Assembly: GCA_963772835.1 (NCBI GenBank) | Contig: CAVYYZ010000005.1 | Coordinates: 32,001 to 96,000 of the forward strand | Reading direction: 5' to 3' | Length of the DNA stretch: 64,000 nucleotides | Source: an uncultured delta proteobacterium | GTDB lineage: Bacteria; Desulfobacterota; Desulfuromonadia; Geobacterales; Pseudopelobacteraceae | Shown here: positions 20,072 to 27,796 of the stretch, piece after piece | Position numbering within the stretch: position 1 is the first letter of the stretch | How the letters are laid out: every line of letters starts with the position of its first letter | Notes under the pieces: model-generated | Database searches by the model: none | Told to the model about the DNA's origin: nothing | The model's input: the letters and a program-made list of their open reading frames with translations, nothing else | Program-made: the position numbers and the translations under genes

Positions 20072-20968
20072 ATGACGATCAAGAATCAGATCCAATTACC
20101 TCTAACAGTTCGCACCTTCGGCTTCCTACTCAGGGTGGCACGCGGGTTTTTGCGTAACCAGGGGTTTCTTTTATCAGGCGCGGTCGCCTACTACACGCTG
20201 TTGTCAATCGTCCCGTTGTCCATTATTGCTCTCATTGTGCTGACCCATCTAATAGAAGAGCAGCAGTTGATTCATACGCTGACTATATATCTGGAAATGG
20301 TCATCCCCGGTTATGCGGCTACATTAACCGAACAGGTGCTGGCATTCCTTGAACACCGAAAGACGGTCGGAATCATCGGCTTTCTTGGAATGCTGTTTTT
20401 CAGCTCCCTGGCATTTTCCATGCTTGAAAACGCCATGTCGGTGATCTTTTATCAGCATGTCAGAGTCCAACGTCGCAACTTCCTCCTTTCCGCAATTATT
20501 CCCTATCTGTACATCTTCGCCATGGGTACCGGCATTGTCTTTGTTTCTTTTATTGTCGGAGCAATCGAAACACTGGAAAGCAGTTACGTAACCGTTTTCG
20601 GTTCGAGTGTGAACCTTGGCGGAACAACAGGTGTGGCGCTCTACCTGTCAGGTATCGTTGGTGAAGTGCTGATGTTCTCCTCCATATATCTGGTGATGCC
20701 CACGGTACGGGTCAGGTTTCGTTACGCCCTCATCGGGGGACTGGTTGCGGCGGTATTATGGGAGATCACCCGCCGGGTACTGATCTGGTATTACGCCGCC
20801 ATATCAATGGTGAATGTCATTTACGGCTCCATCGCAATTACCGTGGTAGCACTTCTCAGTATTGAAGTTGTTACGATCATTCTGCTGCTTGGGGCCCAGG
20901 TTATTGCGGAGCTCGAGGGCACGCCGGACGGATCGTCAGATGATGCCGTTTCGGGGTTTTCAACATAA
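20072..20968 (+). CDS. YihY/BrkB family membrane protein
   Basis: GAVAYYTLLSIVP, IYLVMP, IYGS and LLLGAQV motifs. Start position uncertain. Confidence 0.9.
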   Translation: MTIKNQIQLPLTVRTFGFLLRVARGFLRNQGFLLSGAVAYYTLLSIVPLSIIALIVLTHLIEEQQLIHTLTIYLEMVIPGYAATLTEQVLAFLEHRKTVGIIGFLGMLFFSSLAFSMLENAMSVIFYQHVRVQRRNFLLSAIIPYLYIFAMGTGIVFVSFIVGAIETLESSYVTVFGSSVNLGGTTGVALYLSGIVGEVLMFSSIYLVMPTVRVRFRYALIGGLVAAVLWEITRRVLIWYYAAISMVNVIYGSIAITVVALLSIEVVTIILLLGAQVIAELEGTPDGSSDDAVSGFST

Positions 20969-21017
20969 TGGATGACTCAATGAATAAAACTTCAATACCT
21001 ATAAAAAGGACGACAGA

Positions 21018-21524
21018 ATGGACAGAGTAAAAATTGGCTGTAATTATGTGAACCGGCCGTTATGGAAAATTATCATCGGTGTACCGCTGGTATATCTCCC
21101 CATACTTGCAACCGTGCCGTTCGTGATTGCAGGAATTTTTCTTGTGAAGACCCACCTGAAATATGTCGGCGGCATGGATATCAAATCATATTGGGATTTT
21201 GTCCCCACCCGGATTTCCCATCGATATACGTACATCGATCAGCCCGTCATCAATATCCCTTGGTTTCATCCGGCACACTACAAAATATTCTGGATACTCA
21301 ACTGTACACATTATTGTCCGCTGAGTGTCGCTCTCTTCAAGTACGCAGCGTATCTTGTTATGATCGTGGAAAATTGGTGGTGTCCGTTCGCTCATGACAA
21401 AAAAAAGGAGTATTCGGCAGGTGCCATTGACAACTCTTTTTGGCATGTAGATCCGGCGGAATTGCTTAAACTGCATCCTGACGACAGAAAAAACCCGATC
21501 TGGAATGAGGACGCGGAAAGATGA
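21018..21524 (+). CDS. Hypothetical membrane protein with Cys motifs
   Basis: SD AAAGGA; N-terminal TM segment; LNCTHYCP and ENWWCPF.H motifs. Confidence 0.75.
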   Translation: MDRVKIGCNYVNRPLWKIIIGVPLVYLPILATVPFVIAGIFLVKTHLKYVGGMDIKSYWDFVPTRISHRYTYIDQPVINIPWFHPAHYKIFWILNCTHYCPLSVALFKYAAYLVMIVENWWCPFAHDKKKEYSAGAIDNSFWHVDPAELLKLHPDDRKNPIWNEDAER

Positions 21525-21649
21525 ACACACACAGGCAAAAAGATATACCTGAGGCTGCCCTTACCGCGACCGATGCGGTAGTGCTGCATGCTCTTCGTCG
21601 ACGGGCCGGTTTGCCAATCCTCTGACGAGAACACCTGCACAGGGCAAAC

Positions 21650-21683
21650 CCGTCATATTTGACAGTAACGTCAGGAATGACGG
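21650..21683. promoter_or_regulatory. Tandem putative UAS palindromes
   Basis: CCGTCA-TATT-TGACAG (21650-21665) and ACGTCA-GGAA-TGACGG (21668-21683). Confidence 0.7.
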
Positions 21684-21779
21684 GTCGAGGATGTGACATT
21701 GCCGTTACCCACCACGATCTATCCGGATTTAAACCAGCATAATCAGACTGTTACGGCTTCAGCAACAGTTCTTCATCTC

Positions 21780-21794
21780 TGGCACAGTAGTTGC
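21780..21794 (+). promoter_or_regulatory. sigma54 -24/-12 promoter
   Basis: TGGCACAGTAGTTGC. IHF-like AATCAGACTGTTA at 21741-21753; UAS 97 bp upstream. Confidence 0.88.
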
Positions 21795-21871
21795 CTTATA
21801 CCCTGTGAGCAGATCATGAGTTATTTCGTGATTATTGCGACATTCAAGTAGTTATCCTAAAGGAGGATACC

Positions 21872-22051
21872 ATGAAATCAAGTGCCCGGGACAAAGCAGA
21901 AGGAACGCTTCATGAAGTAAAAGGAGCGGTCAAAGAGTTCGCAGGAAAACTGTGCGACAATCCAAAATTGAAAGCAGAAGGTGCCGCTGAAAAAGCATCC
22001 GGTAAGACCCAGGAAAAGCTCGGTCAAATTAAAAAAGTTTTTGGGAAATAA
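21872..22051 (+). CDS. CsbD family general stress protein (copy 2, not in ORF track)
   Basis: MKSSARDKAEGTLHEVKGAVKEFAGKLCDNPKLKAEGAAEKASGKTQEKLGQIKKVFGK; SD AAGGAGG. Confidence 0.92.
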   Translation: MKSSARDKAEGTLHEVKGAVKEFAGKLCDNPKLKAEGAAEKASGKTQEKLGQIKKVFGK

Positions 22052-22136
22052 GCGCCCGTTTGCGCACCGGTATCTCGCAGTATCACGCATCTAAATTCAC
22101 GTGTGCCCGAACAATGGGCACTGTCAGGAGAGAACA

Positions 22137-22199
22137 ATGGAATTATTGATTGTAGTATTGGTAGTAGTCATTGTGCTGGTAGTTTTAAAAGTAATTTAG
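22137..22199 (+). CDS. 20-aa hydrophobic micropeptide
   Basis: SD AGGAG; translates to MELLIVVLVVVIVLVVLKVI. Confidence 0.65.
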   Translation: MELLIVVLVVVIVLVVLKVI

Positions 22200-22240
22200 A
22201 TGCATCGCAGGTTATTTCACGTAATCACAAGGAGGACACA

Positions 22241-22306
22241 ATGGGATTTCTAATCGCAGTATTGGTTGTAGTAATTTTAGTAATTGTAATCATGAGGTTA
22301 ACATAA
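22241..22306 (+). CDS. 21-aa hydrophobic micropeptide
   Basis: SD AAGGAGG; translates to MGFLIAVLVVVILVIVIMRLT. Confidence 0.7.
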   Translation: MGFLIAVLVVVILVIVIMRLT

Positions 22307-22336
22307 GTTTTATGTGTGTTGCCGCATGCCACTCTC

Positions 22337-22369
22337 TTATTTGAGCGGGACTCTGTCCCGCTCAAATAA
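22337..22369. terminator. Perfect 15-bp hairpin after the micropeptide pair
   Basis: TTATTTGAGCGGGAC-TCT-GTCCCGCTCAAATAA. Confidence 0.6.
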
Positions 22370-22404
22370 TTCGTTACTCTACGAGGATGACAGGACACTT
22401 TTTA

Positions 22405-23085
22405 ATGCACATCAGGATTCGTAATCTTACAAAAGTATACAATGAGCAAAGAGGTCTGCTCCCCATAAGCCTTGATGTGGAAAAAGGGGAACTGATTGCC
22501 GTCATCGGTCACAATGGGGCCGGGAAATCCACGTTGTTAAAAACATTGGCTGGCTGGCATCTTCCCGACAGCGGAGACGTTTCAATTGATGGTGTCACAT
22601 TGGAAAACAGATTGGCTCTTGTGAAAAAAATCGGTTTTGTCCCGGAGAATCCCAATCTTTTTGAGTCCTTCTCCGTGGACTACAATCTCGAACTGTTTGC
22701 CCGACTGTTTCAAGTCCCTTTTGTGCGGACAGAGGAGATTCTGGAGGAATTCAGCCTGGTACCATATCGTAAGACCAAGGTACAGGTTCTGTCAAAAGGG
22801 TTGCGGCAGAGGGTGAGCATTGGTCGAACCCTTCTGGCTGATCCGCCTTTACTTCTTTTTGATGAACCGACCTCGGGATTGGACTTTGAAATGACGAGTG
22901 AAATTTATCGAATGATCAAAGATTTTCATACATCAGGAAAAACAATTTTATTTACGTCCCATCGCCCTGAAGAGCTTAAAACCCTTGCCACACGCATTAT
23001 TATGCTGCACCGGGGAATTGTGGTTTTCGATGGTTCGCCCGAAAAATATTTCCAATCAGAAGTACATGAGAAACTCTACCAATGA
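22405..23085 (+). CDS. ABC transporter ATP-binding protein
   Basis: Walker A GHNGAGKS, LSKG signature, Walker B LLFDEP. Alternative start at 22387. Confidence 0.93.
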   Translation: MHIRIRNLTKVYNEQRGLLPISLDVEKGELIAVIGHNGAGKSTLLKTLAGWHLPDSGDVSIDGVTLENRLALVKKIGFVPENPNLFESFSVDYNLELFARLFQVPFVRTEEILEEFSLVPYRKTKVQVLSKGLRQRVSIGRTLLADPPLLLFDEPTSGLDFEMTSEIYRMIKDFHTSGKTILFTSHRPEELKTLATRIIMLHRGIVVFDGSPEKYFQSEVHEKLYQ

Positions 23086-24113
23086 TGATACGTAATATTA
23101 TTACATTAACGCTGAATGACCTGGCCATTGCATTCAAGAATAAGACTGTTTTTCTAATAGTATTCATTCCGCTTTTTGTTTTTTTCTCTTTGAAGTTAGT
23201 GGATATGTCCGCAACCGACGCTAAAAAAATCAATCTCGGCCTTATTCAAACAGAAAGTTATTCTCCTGCCATTGTGCAGACCATTACATCGGCCGATAAA
23301 ATTTTTTCCGTTGTTACGGTGCCTGATGAGGTGGAAGGAACCCGGTGGATAAAAGAGAAAAAGATCGACGGATTGCTCTTGCGCTCCGAAAAGGAACCAG
23401 AGAGCGTGGTGCTTGTCGTTTTGAAGAAAGAATCTCTCCAGGCCCTTTCAATAGTGGAGACCTTTTCAGCATTACAAAAAGCGGTCGAGGGGAAAAGCAG
23501 CAACTGGATTTCCGCCATCAAACCGCTTCAGGAAGGGGGGATTCAAAAACAAACGCTGCCCACCTGGATTCTCATGGTCGTGTTACTGGTCGGCTTCATT
23601 ATAACGCCTGCGCAAGTAGCCGAAGAAAAAGAAAAAAAACAACTTCTTGCTCTTTTGCAAACTCCCATGCGCGAAATAGAGTGGCTAATTGCCAAAGTGT
23701 TATCAGGTATGGTGTTAATAGTTGCCGCAGTCCTGCTCCTTCATCTTATCGGAAAATTTGAGCCGGGGCATGCACTGAGTTACGGTGTTTTTATCATAGC
23801 CGGCAGTTTCTGTTTCAGCTCGTACGGAATATTTCTGGGATTTTTATGCCGCAATCAGGCCAGCGCGAGAACATTGGGCGTTATATTCTATCTCCCCCAT
23901 CTGCTTCCTTCTGCGTTATCTGATTTTTCACAAAAACTGACTGCCGTTGCTCCTTTTCTCCCTTCCTACCAGTTATATGAACCGATTAAATCCATCCTTC
24001 TTGACGGAGGCAGAATATCGGGGCTGTCATTTGATTTGATATATTTGCTTATGGTCGGAACAGCAGCTTTTTACTTTTCGTATTTCCTGATGAAAAAACG
24101 ATGGCTGATGTGA
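23082..24113 (+). CDS. ABC-2 type exporter permease
   Basis: Six TM segments with a large loop; AEEKEK...LLQTP; ATGA overlap with the ATPase gene. Confidence 0.9.
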   Translation: MMIRNIITLTLNDLAIAFKNKTVFLIVFIPLFVFFSLKLVDMSATDAKKINLGLIQTESYSPAIVQTITSADKIFSVVTVPDEVEGTRWIKEKKIDGLLLRSEKEPESVVLVVLKKESLQALSIVETFSALQKAVEGKSSNWISAIKPLQEGGIQKQTLPTWILMVVLLVGFIITPAQVAEEKEKKQLLALLQTPMREIEWLIAKVLSGMVLIVAAVLLLHLIGKFEPGHALSYGVFIIAGSFCFSSYGIFLGFLCRNQASARTLGVIFYLPHLLPSALSDFSQKLTAVAPFLPSYQLYEPIKSILLDGGRISGLSFDLIYLLMVGTAAFYFSYFLMKKRWLM

Positions 24114-24244
24114 ACCGGCACCGATGAAACGATGAGCTATCTGATGTCCAGCAAGGTGTCGATAGTCAGAGTGTTCGATGAGTAAGAAAATAATTACTGC
24201 AGTTGGTATGGAGCAGCAGGTATCGACCGCAAAAGGAGGTTGTC

Positions 24245-24310
24245 ATGGGATTTCTTATTACAATTTTGATTGTAGTGATTGTAGTAATCCTGGTTTTAAG
24301 AATTATATAA
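24245..24310 (+). CDS. 21-aa hydrophobic micropeptide
   Basis: SD AAGGAGGT; translates to MGFLITILIVVIVVILVLRII. Confidence 0.7.
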   Translation: MGFLITILIVVIVVILVLRII

Positions 24311-24366
24311 CACCGGGATTGATTCACTGATGTTCAGCGACGGAAATGCTTTAAAGGAGTGAAAAC

Positions 24367-24999
24367 ATGGGACCTCGAATCAAGAAGGTTACATTGGCGC
24401 CGATTGTCATGCTTATCGCATGTTCCTTCCTTCTGTTTGCAGGCGGATGCGCCCGGTACGCTCACACGGTAACAACGCTCTATGAACCGTCTGCGACTGT
24501 TCGTGGCGGCACGGGAGAAGTATATATTGTCATTCCGGAAAACCGGCTGTCGCGTTCTTCCGATATCAAATGGGTACTTGGCACAGTTAAAGATTTCGAT
24601 AAGAATGTTATTGATGAACTTTTCAGTCCCCGTTCCCCGGCGGAAATCGTCCAAATGACGCTTGGTCAGGAGTTTAAGAAAGCCGGCTATACTGTTATTC
24701 CGGTTACGCAGCGTCCTGCTGACGGAATGCGGGTGATCGATCTCACAAAATCGGAGATCGACCTGGAACAAATTTCTGATTATGCGGGCCTTAAAGCCAC
24801 ATGCCGGTTGCTGGTCGGGATGGACGTGTTCAAAGACGGTCAGCAGGTCAAACGGATTCAGTATGAATCAACATCCTCCAAGTCCGGTGTCACGGATCGT
24901 GACATGCTTGCCGGAACCGTTCTGAAAGACGCCCTGAAGTCGGTCATGCAGAAAGCCATTCCTGAACTGCACACCCTGTTTACACCGGGACAACCGTAA
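24367..24999 (+). CDS. Lipoprotein of unknown function (possibly YajG-like)
   Basis: SD AAGGAG; lipobox-like FAGGC. Confidence 0.75.
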   Translation: MGPRIKKVTLAPIVMLIACSFLLFAGGCARYAHTVTTLYEPSATVRGGTGEVYIVIPENRLSRSSDIKWVLGTVKDFDKNVIDELFSPRSPAEIVQMTLGQEFKKAGYTVIPVTQRPADGMRVIDLTKSEIDLEQISDYAGLKATCRLLVGMDVFKDGQQVKRIQYESTSSKSGVTDRDMLAGTVLKDALKSVMQKAIPELHTLFTPGQP

Positions 25000-25071
25000 G
25001 ATTCTGATAGTCGATGGTAACATTGCCATTATCGGCGATATCAACACCAGCGAGGCAAATAAGGAATCGAC

Positions 25072-26415
25072 ATGAAGATTAATTCAGGCGAACGTGCGTC
25101 AACAGCAATCGAACGTCGTCGTCGGGCGGAAGAGCAGCTGAATGGTCAGGCCCCTGTAGAACAGCCGCCGCAGGCCGGGGAAACAAAGCAGAAACTCATC
25201 CACGAACTCGAAGTCCACCAGATCGAACTGGAAATGCAGAATACTGAGCTCCGCCAGGCAAGGGACGAGGTAGAAATATTGCTGGAAAAGTATACCGGTC
25301 TCTACGATTTCGCTCCGGTTGGCTACATAACACTCGACAGAAACGGAGCTATCACTGCCGTGAACCTTGCCGGCGCAAGCCTTATAGGCGGCGTACGCTC
25401 CCAATTAATCGGGCGACGTTTCGGGTTGTTAGTCGCCGCTGCAGATCGCCTCACATTTACCGACTTCATGGGCAGTGTCCTTGCCTGCAGGGTCAAGGAG
25501 TCATGTGAAGTTGCTCTCCTGAGCAAAGGGAAACAACCGGTCATCGTGCAGATAGAAGCCATGGCCACCGTTTCGGGTCAGGAGTTTCGTCTTGCGCTTA
25601 TAGATATCAGCGCGCGCAGGAGCGTTGAAGATGCGCTCGGAGAAAAACGTCAGGAGTTGCTGGATCTCAACAGTTCTCTGGAGGCTCGCGTTGTCCAGGG
25701 TCTGGAAGATATGCGTTTGAAGGACCAGATGCTGATTTTGCAGGACCGCCAGGCCGTTATGGGGGAGATGATCAACAATATCGCCCATCAGTGGCGCCAG
25801 CCGCTGAACTCGTTGGGGCTCATCATTCAGCAATTGCCGATCTTTTATGACTCACCTGAGTTCGACAGGGTATTTTTGGAAAACAACACCGGAAAAAGTA
25901 TGGAGTTGATCACTCACATGTCGCATACCATCAATGACTTCAGGAATTTCTTCAGAACCGACAAGGAAAGAATCTCTTTTTGTGTCAATAAGGTTATCAG
26001 GCAAACGGTCAAACTCGTCGACAAAAGCTTTGAAAATCAACAGATCAGTATTTCACTCTTCTGCGAAGGTGACTTGATTGTCAGCGGCTATCCAAACGAA
26101 TACGCACAGGTCATCCTGAACATCCTGATGAATGCCCGCGATGCACTTGTCGAGCAGAATAGAGCAAACTCCCTGATTTCAATCAACACGCTTACAAAAG
26201 GAGGTACCTCTGTCGTAACCATTACCGATAACGCCGGCGGTATCGCCGATGAGATCATTGGCAGGCTCTTTGATCCGTACTTTACAACCAAGGGACCGGA
26301 CAAAGGAACGGGAATAGGCCTTTTCATGTCGAACACAATTATCGAGAAGAACATGGGAGGAAAGTTGACTGTTCGCAATACCGGGAACGGAGCAGAGTTC
26401 AGGATAGAAGTTTGA
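25072..26415 (+). CDS. PAS-domain sensor histidine kinase
   Basis: H-box IAHQWRQPL, N-box ILNILMNARDA, DNAGGI, GTGIGL. N-terminal [14 protein letters not shown] coiled coil plus PAS. Confidence 0.93.
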   Translation: MKINSGERASTAIERRRRAEEQLNGQAPVEQPPQAGETKQKLIHELEVHQIELEMQNTELRQARDEVEILLEKYTGLYDFAPVGYITLDRNGAITAVNLAGASLIGGVRSQLIGRRFGLLVAAADRLTFTDFMGSVLACRVKESCEVALLSKGKQPVIVQIEAMATVSGQEFRLALIDISARRSVEDALGEKRQELLDLNSSLEARVVQGLEDMRLKDQMLILQDRQAVMGEMINNIAHQWRQPLNSLGLIIQQLPIFYDSPEFDRVFLENNTGKSMELITHMSHTINDFRNFFRTDKERISFCVNKVIRQTVKLVDKSFENQQISISLFCEGDLIVSGYPNEYAQVILNILMNARDALVEQNRANSLISINTLTKGGTSVVTITDNAGGIADEIIGRLFDPYFTTKGPDKGTGIGLFMSNTIIEKNMGGKLTVRNTGNGAEFRIEV

Positions 26416-26675
26416 TGCGGCGTATTGTTGAAAATGCACAACATACTTAATAGACTCGATATTCAGCATCGGAGTATTTAACGCCTGCAATGAAACTATG
26501 TATGTGTAGCAGAGAATCATATACCAGCAAATTCGATTGAAATCTGACGAGTTGAAAACCACAGTTGTAATCCTGATCACCACAGAATGTCAAAGTAACA
26601 ACGGATGTCAGGAGCGTGTAACACAAGCAGTGCGGAAGTTCTCCGGCACCATCAAATTGAAGGGAGACATAACAA

Positions 26676-26861
26676 ATGAAAAAATCACTTGCAGCAAAAC
26701 TGGCAATTCTGTTTCTGGCATTCTCTACGCTGACCGGCTGTATTCTGGCGGTAGATGATGACGGGTATCGTCGCGGGGGTTCCCACGAACGAGATCACGG
26801 AGACCGCAGCAGAGACAACCGTGGAGATCGAAACGGAGATTCTCGTGGTGATCGTCACTAA
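26676..26861 (+). CDS. Small lipoprotein with Arg/Gly/Asp repeat tail
   Basis: SD AGGGAG; lipobox LTGC; tail HGDRSRDNRGDRNGDSRGDRH. Confidence 0.8.
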   Translation: MKKSLAAKLAILFLAFSTLTGCILAVDDDGYRRGGSHERDHGDRSRDNRGDRNGDSRGDRH

Positions 26862-27077
26862 CAGCGGCACCCTGCGTTGCAGGATCATCTATTACTCCCG
26901 TCCCCGCCTATCATGAGATGCAGACCTATCGGGAGATAGTTTTTAACCGCTTCACCGCAAGGCAAAGCCGAATTTTGGGGCCGCCAGGGGAGAAAGCGCC
27001 GGTTCCGGACGGAAACACATACACCTTCAGAATAATGCGCCACCCTGATTCCGGGCCGATCAGCAGAAATGACGTCA

Positions 27078-27122
27078 CCAAAACAGACAGCCGCGAGGGG
27101 GTATACCCCACGCGGCTGTCTG
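27078..27122 (-). terminator. Intrinsic terminator of the pqi operon
   Basis: CAGACAGCCGCG...CGCGGCTGTCTG stem followed by TTTT on the minus strand. Confidence 0.7.
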
Positions 27123-27151
27123 CATGTCTGCCGTTGTAAGGCGCACCAGAG

Positions 27152-27796
27152 TTAATGCCCCGCTGCAGTTTCGGCACGGAGCGCCTGCGCCAGATCAGCG
27201 CTCACGACGAGGAGTGCCCGGCCGTATGCCGCGACCAGAGGATCGTACCCTTCGGCTCTTACAGACTCGCGCACAAGGGTGCGTCCGGTTTTCTGAGCAC
27301 CTCCCGCAACACGGCGCAGCGACCAGACGGCCTCTACGGTAACCGCATCGCCGGGTGACGACTCGAAACGCTTGAAGTCCACCAGAATCCGGTAATCCGC
27401 ATCGGAACCTGCAAGTTGAAGATAGGAAGATACCCGGCTTGACCCGAGCAGGCGGTTCAGGTTCTCCGCGATCAAACGGGGAATCTCGCTCTTAAGCGGC
27501 TCGGCCCATCGGTGCGTTTCGAGGATTTCTACCCGATTAGCGGCAACACGCACCACGAACTGCGGACGGTCCACCAATTCGGGGAGCGTTACCGGTCCAA
27601 CGGCAACCGCCGGCAGGACAGTTGTAGCGGACGGGGTATCCACCACCGCGCCCGGTTCAAGCGTGTAGAAGGCTATCCGCGGGGACCTGCTGCATCCGGA
27701 TACAGCTGCAACCAAAAAGAGTGACAGTATCCCGGCTCTTATAAACGACATACGTCCGCTCACATTACGCGTACCGACATCAACACTGTGCATCAT
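27152..27796 (-). CDS. pqiC: PqiC-like lipoprotein
   Basis: Lipobox VSGC; VGPVTLPELVDRPQ and HRWAEPL; downstream of pqiB. Confidence 0.88.
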   Translation of the reverse strand: MMHSVDVGTRNVSGRMSFIRAGILSLFLVAAVSGCSRSPRIAFYTLEPGAVVDTPSATTVLPAVAVGPVTLPELVDRPQFVVRVAANRVEILETHRWAEPLKSEIPRLIAENLNRLLGSSRVSSYLQLAGSDADYRILVDFKRFESSPGDAVTVEAVWSLRRVAGGAQKTGRTLVRESVRAEGYDPLVAAYGRALLVVSADLAQALRAETAAGH

